Source: an uncultured Bacillota bacterium | GTDB taxonomy: Bacteria; Sysuimicrobiota; Sysuimicrobiia; Sysuimicrobiales; Segetimicrobiaceae | Direction: 5' to 3' | Assembly (NCBI GenBank): GCA_963804645.1 | Contig: CAWDRG010000001.1 | Coordinates: forward strand, 1-64,000 | Length of the DNA stretch: 64,000 bases | Shown: positions 21,553 to 31,407 of the stretch, one piece after another | Numbering within the stretch: the stretch's first letter is position 1 | How the letters are laid out: every line of letters begins with the position of its first letter | The notes under the pieces: generated by a model | Told to the model about the DNA's origin: nothing | The model's input: the letters and a program-made list of their open reading frames with translations, nothing else | Databases searched by the model: none | Translations under genes and position numbers: made by a program

Positions 21553-22722
21553 TCAATCCTGGTCGCGCCACCAGTCCGGGGACACGTCCTTCTTCTTGTA
21601 CGTCTTGACGACGGGCCGGGTGCCCGCTTTCTCACGGGCGACGCGCTTCCGCAGTTCCTCGTACTCGTGCAGATTGGTCAGCATCTTCAGCGCATCCCAG
21701 ATCGCTTCCTCGACCTGCCCCCCGTCCTTGAGCAAGAGATCGATGAGGGGCTCGATCACGCGCTTGTCCCGCAGCTTGCTGAGCAGCCGCACCGCGAGCC
21801 GCCGGACGTCGGGATCGTCATCCGCGAGATAGCGGAGCAGCGGCTCGAACGACGCCTCCCCGAGCAGCCCGTACAGCGCCTTCAGCGCGAACCGCCGGAC
21901 TTTCCCGCTCGGATTCTCCATCGCGCCGTAGAGCGCCGCGAGCACCGACTCCCGGTCCCCCTGCGCGAGCGCGTGGACGACCTCCGCCGGCAGCAGGGCG
22001 TCGCGGTCGCCGGTCGGCATCGCCAGCACGCCGCGCTCCTCGAGCCGACCGATCGTCCCCACCGCGGTCTCCTGCAGCCGAGGATCGGTGAGAAACGTGT
22101 GCAGCATCGGGCCCACGACGCGCACGTCGCCGACGCGTCCCAAGATCGTGAGCGCGGTCAGCCGCACGTAGTAGTTCTCATCATCGAGGACCGCCAGCAA
22201 GGGGTCGATGATCCGCGGGCCCATGTCGGTCAGGAGCCGCCATACCTGCGGCCCGATGCGGCGCCGCAGGTACCGATCCTTAAACGCCTCCATGAGCGCC
22301 GGGACGGCGTCCGGGCCGATGCGCGACAGCGCCTCGGTGGCGGCGGACACGAGCGAGCGTTCGCGCCGCGCCAGCACCTTGATCAGCGCCTCGACGGCGC
22401 CGCTGTCCCTGAGCTCGCCGAGCCCCTTGACCGCCTGCACGCACACCTGTTCCGACCGGTCGGCGAGCGCCGCCCGCATCGCTTCCATCGCCGCGTGCCC
22501 GCCGATCCGCCGCAGCGCCATGACCGCGCTCTTGCGCACATACTCGTCCTGATCGCGCAACGCTTCCGCCAGCGCCGGGACGGCCCGCTCATCCGCGAGC
22601 TTGCCGAGCGCGTGCGCGGCGTCGCTGCGCAGCGTCACGTCGGTGCTGCGCAGCTCCTGTACCAGTCGCTGAAGCTCATGATCTGCTCCCGGCTCGGGCC
22701 GCGGAGCTGGCGTCATGCTCAT
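21553..22722 (-). CDS. HEAT/PBS-lyase repeat protein
   Basis: Repeated ~31-aa units such as VRxxAAxALGxxxDxxAVPAL. Confidence 0.88.
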   Translation of the reverse strand: MSMTPAPRPEPGADHELQRLVQELRSTDVTLRSDAAHALGKLADERAVPALAEALRDQDEYVRKSAVMALRRIGGHAAMEAMRAALADRSEQVCVQAVKGLGELRDSGAVEALIKVLARRERSLVSAATEALSRIGPDAVPALMEAFKDRYLRRRIGPQVWRLLTDMGPRIIDPLLAVLDDENYYVRLTALTILGRVGDVRVVGPMLHTFLTDPRLQETAVGTIGRLEERGVLAMPTGDRDALLPAEVVHALAQGDRESVLAALYGAMENPSGKVRRFALKALYGLLGEASFEPLLRYLADDDPDVRRLAVRLLSKLRDKRVIEPLIDLLLKDGGQVEEAIWDALKMLTNLHEYEELRKRVAREKAGTRPVVKTYKKKDVSPDWWRDQD

Positions 22723-22776
22723 GGGACAACTCCTCCCACGTTCGACGAGACGTTCGCCGCTTGGCAGAACCTCTCC

Positions 22777-22805
22777 TTGATTAATGGTACACCGGCGTCT
22801 ATACT
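22777..22805 (+). promoter_or_regulatory. Sigma70-type promoter for the 22842 gene and hpt
   Basis: TTGATT-N17-TATACT. Confidence 0.6.
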
Positions 22806-22841
22806 AACTCCAGAGCCGTACTTGGGAGGATCCACCCGGCA

Positions 22842-23204
22842 GTGAAGGGCTCGCGTGACGACAACGCCGGATCGGTGCATTTCGCGCACGAGAGCGAGGC
22901 CGAATTCGCGAAGATCCTCGATTTTTACGGGATTCGCTGGGAATACGAGCCCCAGAGCTTCCCGCTCCGCTGGGACGATCAGGGCCGCGCAATTGAAAGC
23001 TTCAGCCCGGACTTCTATCTCCGCGATTTGGATCTGTACATCGAGCTGACGACTCTCAAACAGAGCCTCGTCACGAAGAAGAACCGCAAGGTCCGGCGCC
23101 TGCGCGAGCTGTATCCGCACATCCACGTCAAGATCTTCTACGGCCGGGATTTCCGCCAGCTGCTGCTCAAGTACGGGCTCGAACCCACCGCGGTCGCCCC
23201 GTGA
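22842..23204 (+). CDS. Hypothetical protein, PD-(D/E)xK endonuclease-like fold
   Basis: SEAEFA..LD..GIRWEYEP...FSPDFYL...LYIELT resembles small PD-(D/E)xK nucleases; GGGAGG RBS; GTGA overlap with hpt. Confidence 0.7.
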   Translation: MKGSRDDNAGSVHFAHESEAEFAKILDFYGIRWEYEPQSFPLRWDDQGRAIESFSPDFYLRDLDLYIELTTLKQSLVTKKNRKVRRLRELYPHIHVKIFYGRDFRQLLLKYGLEPTAVAP

Positions 23205-23782
23205 ACGACGCCGCCCGGGACGTCGCGGCGGTCGTCCTGACCACGGAACAGATTGCGGCGAAGGTGAGCGAGCTCGCCGCGGCCATCTCGCGCGACTACG
23301 TCGGCCGGGTGCCGCTGCTCGTCTCGGCGCTGAAGGGCGCGGTGTACTTTCTGACCGATCTCACGCGGGCGATCGACATCCCGGTGGAGATCGACTTCAT
23401 CGCGATCACGCGCTACGGCAGCGCACGTCCGCAGAGCGGCGTCGTGCGCCTCATCAAGGACCTCGACGTCGAGATCACGGGGCGCGACGTGCTGCTCGTC
23501 GAGGACATCATCGACACCGGACTGACGGCCGGCTACCTGCTGCGGCTGCTCGGCGCGCGCGCCCCCGCAAGCCTGCGCATCTGCACCCTGCTCGACCGGC
23601 CGCACCGGCGCATCCTCGACACTCTTGAAATCGCGTACCGGGGCGTGGAAATTCCCGACCGCTTTGTCGTCGGCTACGGGCTGGACTACCGCGAGCAGTA
23701 CCGGCATCTGCCGTTCATCGGGATCCTCAAGGACGAGATTCTGCGGGGCCCTGTCGCCTCGACCTCGGACCGCTCCACGTAA
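23201..23782 (+). CDS. hpt: Hypoxanthine phosphoribosyltransferase
   Basis: LKGA..FLTDL, LLVEDIIDTGLT, FVVGYGLDY.EQYRHLP. Confidence 0.94.
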   Translation: MNDAARDVAAVVLTTEQIAAKVSELAAAISRDYVGRVPLLVSALKGAVYFLTDLTRAIDIPVEIDFIAITRYGSARPQSGVVRLIKDLDVEITGRDVLLVEDIIDTGLTAGYLLRLLGARAPASLRICTLLDRPHRRILDTLEIAYRGVEIPDRFVVGYGLDYREQYRHLPFIGILKDEILRGPVASTSDRST

Positions 23783-23897
23783 CACGACGGGACGCCGTGC
23801 GTCCCATGACGCACCCCGTGCGCGTGCCCTGCGCCGCCGCGACGTCTCTTACGCTCGGGACGCGCCGAGCGGGGCGGTCCGACCCCGAGCGGCGCCG

Positions 23898-24362
23898 CTA
23901 GACGTGCGAGACGATCCAGATGGAGCCCGCGATCGCGACCACGTCCTCGAGCACGGCCACCACGAAGTCCGGCGTGCCGAGTGCCCGCACCAACCGCGTG
24001 CGGGCCTGATAGCCTCCGAAGCAGCCCGCCACCCCGCCGACCGCCCCGAGGATCGCCCCGCCCGCGGGGCCGTGCGCGCCGGCCGCGGCGACGCAGGCGC
24101 CGGTCAGCGCCCCCATCACGAGGCGGGCGCTCAGGCCCGCCGCCCCCGTGCGGTTCGGCGTGCCCGGCAGCTTATCGGCCGCGAGCTCGCCGAGCGCGAG
24201 CAGCGAGACGATCGCGACGGCGGGCGTCGTCCCGATCCAGGACAGGAGGCGCGGCAGCCGGAGCCATCCGAGGTGCGCGGCCCACGCGGCCGCCGCCGGC
24301 GGCGTCAGCGAACGCAGACCGACCAGCACGCCGGCGAGCAACGCCAACATCGGCACCGGCAT
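23898..24362 (-). CDS. DUF4126-like membrane protein
   Basis: GLRSLTPPA, GELAADKLP.TP.R, VAVLEDVVA. Confidence 0.75.
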   Translation of the reverse strand: MPVPMLALLAGVLVGLRSLTPPAAAAWAAHLGWLRLPRLLSWIGTTPAVAIVSLLALGELAADKLPGTPNRTGAAGLSARLVMGALTGACVAAAGAHGPAGGAILGAVGGVAGCFGGYQARTRLVRALGTPDFVVAVLEDVVAIAGSIWIVSHV

Positions 24363-24413
24363 CGAGCGGCCCTCCCCCGCATTCCGATCACGCCCGGCCC
24401 GCCGCGGCGGGCG

Positions 24414-25076
24414 CTAGCGCTGGCCCTGGATGCTCCGAATCGCGTCGGCTTCACCACCGCACCAGGCCGATCCCTTCGCATCCAGCTCGGCGAGCGTGGC
24501 CGCGTAGAACATCACGCAGGCGCGGTCGTGCGACGATTGGAACCCAAACGTGAATCCCAGCTGCCGGCGCAGGATCTTGCGGTACCGGTCCGCGCTGAGG
24601 GTCCCGTCGTCGCTGTGCAGGCGCGCCACCGACACCACGGAGTCGCGCCGCGCGTCGGTCGTGGCGAAGACGTAGCTGCTGCCGCGCGCGAAGAGGTCCT
24701 GGTTGGTCACACCCACGAGCCGGACGGACGCGCCGGCCGGCAGCCGCTGGAGCACCATCAGCAGCACGTCGACGTTGAATTGCCGCCGGGTCCGGTCGAA
24801 CGCGGCCAGCGGCAGCGGCAGGGGACGGTCGAGCGTGATCGCGATGTGCGGGAAGTCCTGCCGGAGCACCAGCAGGATCTGCTCGAGATCGCCCGGCGGC
24901 ACGAGGCCGAACGGAATGACGCGAATCTGCGTCACGGCGTAGGGGATCGGCCCCGGCCGCGGGGCCTGCCGCGCGATCAGGAGGGACACGACAATCCCCA
25001 CGATCCCGATCGCGCCGAGTACGATCAGGATGGTCGGGAGCGTGCGGCCTGGTGCCTGCGGGGTGCCTGGGTGCAT
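24414..25076 (-). CDS. Membrane-anchored archaemetzincin-like protein with degenerate Zn site
   Basis: AFDRTRRQF, VGVTNQDLF...YVFA, VVSVARL and CVM...LDAK..WC match the archaemetzincin layout; HExxH is replaced by RQLGF. Confidence 0.65.
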   Translation of the reverse strand: MHPGTPQAPGRTLPTILIVLGAIGIVGIVVSLLIARQAPRPGPIPYAVTQIRVIPFGLVPPGDLEQILLVLRQDFPHIAITLDRPLPLPLAAFDRTRRQFNVDVLLMVLQRLPAGASVRLVGVTNQDLFARGSSYVFATTDARRDSVVSVARLHSDDGTLSADRYRKILRRQLGFTFGFQSSHDRACVMFYAATLAELDAKGSAWCGGEADAIRSIQGQR

Positions 25077-25134
25077 CGGTGGCGTCGCCGTCGAGTCTCC
25101 CCCCGCGTCGCGCGCGAGATCACGCGCCGTGCCG

Positions 25135-26345
25135 TCAGTCCTCCACGTCGGCCAGCCGGGCCTGACGTAGGGTCCGCTCCCCGAACCGGGTGTTGATCGC
25201 GTCCACGACGCGGTCGACCCGCGCCCGCCGGTCGCCGTCGCCGAACAACAGCGTCTGCCGCGACCCCGCCGGGGCCAGCCGGGACGCGCTCACGCCCAAC
25301 AGCCGGATCGGACGCGGCAGCGGCAAGAGCCGCTCCCACGCCCGCCTCACGGCGTGGTGCAGGTCCGCCCCGGTGTCGGTTGGCCACGCCAGCATAACAC
25401 CGCGCGTGATCGTGCGGAAGTCGTCGTACCGGACCTTCAGCGTCACCGCGCCGGCGAGCACCCCCTCGCGGCGAACGCGGTGGGCCACATCCTCGGCGAG
25501 ATCGAGCAGGACGCGTCCCAACGCATCCAGATCGGCGGTGTCCCGCCCGAAGGTGCGCTCCCGGCCGATCGACTTCGCGTCCTGACCCCCGCCGACCGCG
25601 CGGTCGTCGAGCCCGCGGCTGAGCCGCGCGAGCTGCTCCGCGACCGACCCGACCGAGGCGCGCAGCGTCGAGACCGGCGTGCGCCGCAGCGCGCCCACGG
25701 TCGCTATCCCGAGGGAGACGAGCCGCTGGCGCGTCTCATCCCCCACCCCCCACAGTGCGGTCACCGGCAGCGGGTCGAGCACCGCCACGGCCTCGCCCTG
25801 ATGGATCCGCCGCAGCCCGTCGGGCTTCGCCAGCTCGCTGGCCAGCTTTGCCAGGAACTTGTTGGGGGCCACGCCGAGAGACGCCGGCAGTCCGAGCACG
25901 TCGCGGATGCGGGTCTTGATCGCCGACGCGATCGCGCGGCCGGGATGTCATCCAAGACGGTCCCGGCGGGCACCGGACACCCGGTCAGATCGAGAAACGC
26001 CTCGTCGATCGACAGCGGCTCAATCAGCGGCGTAAACGTGTCGAGCAGTTCGAAGAGCTGCGTGGAGACGGCGTGATACTTCTCCATGGCCACGGGAAGA
26101 AATACCGCGTGCGGGCAGCGGGCCTTCGCTTCGCGCGACGGCATCGCGGACCGGATCCCGAATCTCCGCGCCTCGTACGACGCCGCGGCCACGACCCCGC
26201 GGGCATCCGGGGGCGCGCCCACCACCACCGGCTGCCCGCGGAGCGCGGGGTTATCGCGCACCTCGATCGACGCGTAAAACGCGTCCATGTCGACGTGGGC
26301 CACGACCCGCGTGTCGATCTCCGGCCGTTTCTCGTTGTGGCGCAC
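25135..26345 (-). CDS. dinB: DNA polymerase IV, frameshifted near 25940
   Basis: [47 protein letters not shown] and IRLLGV in the second frame. Confidence 0.93.
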
Positions 26346-26361
26346 GGTGGCTCCGCACTGT

Positions 26362-26375
26362 CGAACTGTTGTTCG
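26362..26375. promoter_or_regulatory. LexA (SOS/Cheo) box
   Basis: CGAAC-TGTT-GTTCG palindrome between the -10 element and the dinB start. Confidence 0.85.
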
Positions 26376-26380
26376 TGTCG

Positions 26381-26410
26381 ATTCTACCGCCCGGGGAGCG
26401 ATCGGGTCAA
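26381..26410 (-). promoter_or_regulatory. Sigma70-type promoter of dinB
   Basis: TTGACC-N18-TAGAAT on the minus strand. Confidence 0.7.
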
Positions 26411-26476
26411 GCGGGCGAGCGGGGCCGCGCGGGGTCGGTCGAATCGCCGCCGGCGGCGGTCCGCGCCGAAGCGGGG

Positions 26477-27346
26477 CTAGCGGCAGATCGGATCGAGCGC
26501 GCGCCTCGTCATGGCCAGCCCGGAGTTGCGAAAGCCCCACGCGAACACTCCGACCACCTGGTTGTGGACGTTGATCACCGGCGAGCCGCTCGCGCCGGGT
26601 TCGGGATCCGTCCCGAGCCGCATCGCGACGAGCCGTGTGCCGTCGCGCGCCTTGTCGAAGCCGCTGACGCGGCCGTCGTTCTGCTGCTCGTGCGGGAACA
26701 GCGTCCCGAAGTCTCCGTACGACACCACCCGCACGCTGTCGCCCACGCGTGGATCGGGGCCGGCCGCCAGCGACGGAAACGTGGGCAGCGGTCCCCGGTG
26801 GGCCACGGCGTACAGCACGCCCGAACGCTTCAGCACGTTGAACTGGAAATGCGGCGGAATCAGATGGATCTCCGCGAGATCGCGCTGCGGTTCCACCGCC
26901 ATGTCGGCATTGCCCAGCACCGCCGGGGGAAGCTGACTCGCGCACAGCACCGTCGCACCGTAGAACTCCCCGTTCCAGACCGCCAGCAGCTCGTAGGTCT
27001 TCGGGTACTCGCGCGCCGGAAACACCACGTGGCTGTTGGTCAGCGCGATCCCGTTGGTCCCGATGAAGAACCCGGTGCCCTCACGAAAGTCCACCCAGCG
27101 GCGCGGGCCCTGGGCCAGCGCGCCCGGCCTCGCGAGCACCATCACCTCGAAGATGCCCCGCAGCGGCCGCGTCTCGGCGCCGACCGGCAGGATGAGGGCC
27201 GCGGCGATCAGGGCCACGAGCCCGCCGGCCAGCGCCCGCGCCCGCCACGCGCCGGCCGGCCGGCGTGACCCGCCCGGCGCCGTGCCGCGATCCGGCACGG
27301 ACTCGCGGTGCGGGCCGGGGGTGCATGCGTGCGGTGGGATCGACAT
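26477..27346 (-). CDS. Secreted trypsin-like serine protease
   Basis: GTGFFI, LTNSHV (His), RDLA (Asp), PGASGSP (Ser); signal peptide; start uncertain. Confidence 0.85.
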   Translation of the reverse strand: MSIPPHACTPGPHRESVPDRGTAPGGSRRPAGAWRARALAGGLVALIAAALILPVGAETRPLRGIFEVMVLARPGALAQGPRRWVDFREGTGFFIGTNGIALTNSHVVFPAREYPKTYELLAVWNGEFYGATVLCASQLPPAVLGNADMAVEPQRDLAEIHLIPPHFQFNVLKRSGVLYAVAHRGPLPTFPSLAAGPDPRVGDSVRVVSYGDFGTLFPHEQQNDGRVSGFDKARDGTRLVAMRLGTDPEPGASGSPVINVHNQVVGVFAWGFRNSGLAMTRRALDPICR

Positions 27347-27564
27347 CGTCCTCGCGCTCCAACCGCGGCCACAGTCGTGTACTGCCTGCACCGCGGTCCC
27401 CTCTAGCATAGACCGCCCCGCCACGGCGCGCCATCGGACTTTGGGACGATCCGGCGTCGCGCATCGGAACTAGGTCGGAACGCCGCACGTGTGACGGCTG
27501 TCCGTCACAAGTATACCCGCAACGGTCGTCGCACAGCGCACGCGGCCGTCTCGACGCGGGGCTG

Positions 27565-28461
27565 CTAGAGGACGCGCATGCGGGGGTCGAACGCGTCACG
27601 CAGGCCGTCGCCGAGCAGATTGAACGCCATAATCGCGAAAAAGATCGCGAGGCCCGGAAACAGCGCGATGAACCACGACGACAGGAGATAATTGACCGCG
27701 TCGCCAAGCATCGTGCCCCATTCCGGCGTCGGCGGGCGCACGCCGAGACCGAGGAACCCGAGGCCGGCCGCCGTGAGAATCGCGAGCCCGATCTGCAGCG
27801 AGGACTGGACGATGATCGGGGCCGCGGTGTTGGGCAGGACGTGGCGCAGCATGATTCGCCAGTCGCGCATGCCGATCGACCGCGCGGACTCCACGTAGGT
27901 GAGCTCGCGGGTCGACAGCGTAACGCCCCGGATCAGGCGCACGTACACCGGGATCGACGAGATCCCCACGCTCAGGATGACGTTGGTCAGCCCGACCCCG
28001 AGCAGGCTGATCAGCGTGAGCGCGAGCAGGAACCCCGGAAACGCCAGCATCACGTCCATCACCCGCTGCACCACGAGATCGAAGAACCCGCTGTAGTAGC
28101 CCGACATGAGCCCGAGCGGCACGCCGACCGCGGCGGCGAGCGCGACCGCGATGACGCCGATGAGGAGCGAGATCCGCCCGCCGTACACCACGCGCGTCAG
28201 CAGGTCGCGCCCCAACTGGTCGGTGCCAAACGGGTGGGCGAGGGTCGGCGGGTGCAGCGCGTTGTCGAGGTCCGCGGCGTTCGGATTGTACGGCAGAATC
28301 GCCGGCGCGAGCAGGGACGACGCCACCATGCCGAGCAGAATCACGAGGCCGGCCACCGCGATCTTGTTGCGCCCCAAACGGCGCAGGACCGCGAGGGGAT
28401 GATGGAACTCCCGCTCCCGGGCGAGGTCAGCTGTACTTAATGCGGGGGTCGATGTAGCCAT
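27565..28461 (-). CDS. Peptide ABC permease (DppC/GsiD-like)
   Basis: HPFGTDQLGRDLLTR, PPTPEWGTML, NLLGDGLRDAFDP. Confidence 0.92.
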   Translation of the reverse strand: MATSTPALSTADLAREREFHHPLAVLRRLGRNKIAVAGLVILLGMVASSLLAPAILPYNPNAADLDNALHPPTLAHPFGTDQLGRDLLTRVVYGGRISLLIGVIAVALAAAVGVPLGLMSGYYSGFFDLVVQRVMDVMLAFPGFLLALTLISLLGVGLTNVILSVGISSIPVYVRLIRGVTLSTRELTYVESARSIGMRDWRIMLRHVLPNTAAPIIVQSSLQIGLAILTAAGLGFLGLGVRPPTPEWGTMLGDAVNYLLSSWFIALFPGLAIFFAIMAFNLLGDGLRDAFDPRMRVL

Positions 28462-29359
28462 AGAGGATGTCCACGAGGAGATTGATGACGAGAAACGTGA
28501 GCGCGAACAACAGGACCACGCCCTGGATCACCGGGTAGTCGCGCGCCTGAATCGAGTTGACGAGCAGGGTCCCGATGCCGGGCCACGAGAAGGTGCGCTC
28601 GGTCAGAATCGCCCCGCCGAGCAGCGTCGCGGACTGCAGGCCGATGATCGTGACGACCGGAATCAGCGAGTTGCGCAGCACGTGGCGGTAGACCACCCAC
28701 CCTTCTGCGAGGCCTTTGGCGCGGGCCGTGCGGACGTAGTCCTGCCGCAGCGTCTCGAGCATGCTGCTGCGGGTCTGCCGCTCGATGATCGCGAGGCTGA
28801 ACGCGGCGAGCGCGATCGACGGCAGAATGAGGCTGAGGGGGCTCGCGTCGCCGCCGGCCGGGAGGACGTGGAGGCCGACTGCGAACACCATCATCAGCAT
28901 CAGCCCAAGCCAGAACACGGGGATGCTGATCCCGGCGAGCGCGAGCACGGTCACGACGTAGTCGGTGGACGTGTACTGGCGCGTGCTCACGATCAGCCCG
29001 GAGGCCACGCCGAAGAGCACCGACAGGACCGTGGCGGTCGCCGCCAGCAGCGCCGTGGCCGGGAGCCGGACGCCGATCTCGTACATCACCGGTGCCTGGG
29101 TCACGGTCGACTTCCCGAGATCGCCGCGCGCAAGGCCTGCGAGGAAGAGCGCGTACTGGACCGGGACCGGTTTGGTCAGGCCGAGCTGCACGCGAATGCG
29201 GTTCACCTCGTCCTGCGTCGCCAGCAGCCCGGCGAGCAGCCGGGCGGGGTCGCCCGGCAGCATGCGCACCATGAAGAACACAATCAGGGTCACCCCGAAC
29301 AGCGTCGGGATCGCCGCCAGCAGCCGGCGCACGGCAAATCCGACAAACCCTCCAGTCAC
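28427..29359 (-). CDS. Peptide ABC permease (DppB/GsiC-like)
   Basis: LPGDPA, QDYVRTARAKGL, RDYPVIQG, IDPRI. Confidence 0.92.
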   Translation of the reverse strand: MTGGFVGFAVRRLLAAIPTLFGVTLIVFFMVRMLPGDPARLLAGLLATQDEVNRIRVQLGLTKPVPVQYALFLAGLARGDLGKSTVTQAPVMYEIGVRLPATALLAATATVLSVLFGVASGLIVSTRQYTSTDYVVTVLALAGISIPVFWLGLMLMMVFAVGLHVLPAGGDASPLSLILPSIALAAFSLAIIERQTRSSMLETLRQDYVRTARAKGLAEGWVVYRHVLRNSLIPVVTIIGLQSATLLGGAILTERTFSWPGIGTLLVNSIQARDYPVIQGVVLLFALTFLVINLLVDILYGYIDPRIKYS

Positions 29360-29411
29360 GGCGCCTCCTGCCCCTTCAACGCTGCTGCCCGAGGCTTATG
29401 CGTTCAATATG

Positions 29412-30611
29412 CTACGGGGCCTCCGGCTCCTGCTGTGCCGGCGCGAGTCCGCGCACGGCCAGCGCACAGACGCCGAGGAGCGCCGCCGCCATCGCGAACA
29501 CCGGCCGGATCCCGAACAGGGCCGAGCACAGCCCGCCGATGAGCGGCCCGAGCAGCCCCCCGAGCATGATCGCGCTGCTGGTGATGCCCATGATCCCGCC
29601 GAGGCGCTCAGGCGGAGCCAGCCGGGCCACGAGCGCGTAGAGCGGCGGCAGAAGGCCGCCGATGAAGAAGCCCAGCAGGACTCGAAACACCAAGAGCGTG
29701 TACGTCGAGTGGACCGCCGCCTGCAGGGCGTACGCGACGCAGGCGCCGACGAGGACCAGGACGATCACGCGGCTCTGGCTGGCGCTGTCGGCCAGCCGGC
29801 CCCAGATCGGCGCCCCGATCATCGACGCGATCCCGGTCGCGGAGAAGAGAAACCCAGAGATCGTCGCGACGTGCGCGGCCGGCACCCCGAGGGTCTCGAC
29901 GTACAGGGGAAACATCGGCTCCACCGCCAGCACGGCGACCTGGCTCGCGCACAGCAGCAGCGCGATCGTGCGCAGCGACGGCGAGCGGAAAAAGTAGGCC
30001 AGGTTCTCGCGCACGCCGCTCTTGGCGGTGTGCGCGGCCTCGCGCGCCGGCTCGCGGACCCCCCACAGCACCACCGCGGCCGCGACCCAGCACATCAGCC
30101 CGTTGATCACGAAGACGCGCCGGTACCCGGTGAGATCGGCGAGCGCGCCGCCCACGAGCGGCCCGACCACCGCGCCGGCGGTGAGCGAGGTCTGCAGCAC
30201 GCCGAGCACCGCGCCGAGCCGGTCGCGCGGGACCGACGACGAGATCAGCGCGTTGGTCGCCGACACGAAGCCGCTGACGGCACCCTGCGCCCCGCGCAGG
30301 CCGAGCAGCTGCCACACGTTCGTGACGGACGCCGTCAGCAGGTTGGTGACGCCGATGCCCCCGAGCGCCCGCAGGATCATGACCTTCCGGCCGTACCGGT
30401 CGCCGAGCGCGCCCCACAGCGGCGCGGCGAGCGTCATCGCGAGAAACGGCGCCGCAAACAGGACCCCGCTCCACCGCTCCACCGAGGCGAGCCCGCCCAC
30501 GCCGAGCGTGCCGATGTACAGCGGCATGAACGGCACCACCAGCGACAGCCCGAGCTGCGCGATGAACTGCGCCGCCCACAGCGTATAGAGATTCCGCCGC
30601 CAGGACTCCAC
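29412..30611 (-). CDS. MFS transporter, MdtG/DHA1-like
   Basis: WRRNLYTLW, APLWGALGDRYGRKVM; about 12 TM; GTG start with GGAGG. Confidence 0.88.
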   Translation of the reverse strand: MESWRRNLYTLWAAQFIAQLGLSLVVPFMPLYIGTLGVGGLASVERWSGVLFAAPFLAMTLAAPLWGALGDRYGRKVMILRALGGIGVTNLLTASVTNVWQLLGLRGAQGAVSGFVSATNALISSSVPRDRLGAVLGVLQTSLTAGAVVGPLVGGALADLTGYRRVFVINGLMCWVAAAVVLWGVREPAREAAHTAKSGVRENLAYFFRSPSLRTIALLLCASQVAVLAVEPMFPLYVETLGVPAAHVATISGFLFSATGIASMIGAPIWGRLADSASQSRVIVLVLVGACVAYALQAAVHSTYTLLVFRVLLGFFIGGLLPPLYALVARLAPPERLGGIMGITSSAIMLGGLLGPLIGGLCSALFGIRPVFAMAAALLGVCALAVRGLAPAQQEPEAP

Positions 30612-30710
30612 TACCGCGGCCTCCGCGCGGCGCCGCACGGCAGGGGTTGCCGCACCGCCGCGAGAATCTCACGGAAGCATCCCCACATTCGGTTTCCGGA
30701 GGCCCCTCTG

Positions 30711-31400
30711 ATGTCCACGCTGCTCCCCGACGCGTTCGCACGGCTGCGCGCGATCCCGACCCCCGCGGTCTCGAACGGCATCGAGGTCTTCGACGTGCGT
30801 CCGCGCACCGCCGGGTTCATGTCGGCCGAGGTCCGCTGCATCCTTCCCGAGCTCGGCCCGATGCTCGGGTACGCGGTCACCGCGACGTGCCGGGCGGCCG
30901 AGCGGCCGCCGAAGGACGCCAACGAGCGGCGGATCGCGATGTGGCGCGCGATCGAGGCGATCCCCGCGCCCCGCGTGATCGTGATCAAGGACCTCGACAC
31001 CCCGCCGGGGATCGGCGCGTATTGGGGCGAGGTCCAGAGCAACATCCACCGCGCGCTCGGGTGCGTCGGCACAGTGACCAACGGCAGCGTGCGGGATCTC
31101 GACGAAGTGCGCGCGCTCGGGTTTCACTTCTTCGCCGGAAGCGTCGGCGTCTCCCACGCCTACGTCCACCTCGTCGGGTTCGGCGAGCCGGTGGAGATCG
31201 GCGGTCTCACCGTGCGGCCGGGCGACCTGATCCAAGGCGACCAGCACGGCGTGCTGTCGATCCCGCTCGAGATCGCCGCGCAGGTCGCGGACGGCGTCGC
31301 GAAGGTCGAGCGGGTCGAGCGCCAGATCATCGAGTACTGCCAGTCCCCGGGGTTCACGCGGGAAGGGCTCGAAGCCGTCTTCCGGAAGACACGGGGGTAG
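30711..31400 (+). CDS. RraA/HMG-aldolase family protein
   Basis: GYAVTA, WGEVQ, GTVTNGSVRD, VRPGDLIQGDQHGV. Confidence 0.85.
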   Translation: MSTLLPDAFARLRAIPTPAVSNGIEVFDVRPRTAGFMSAEVRCILPELGPMLGYAVTATCRAAERPPKDANERRIAMWRAIEAIPAPRVIVIKDLDTPPGIGAYWGEVQSNIHRALGCVGTVTNGSVRDLDEVRALGFHFFAGSVGVSHAYVHLVGFGEPVEIGGLTVRPGDLIQGDQHGVLSIPLEIAAQVADGVAKVERVERQIIEYCQSPGFTREGLEAVFRKTRG

Positions 31401-31407
31401 CGCGCCG

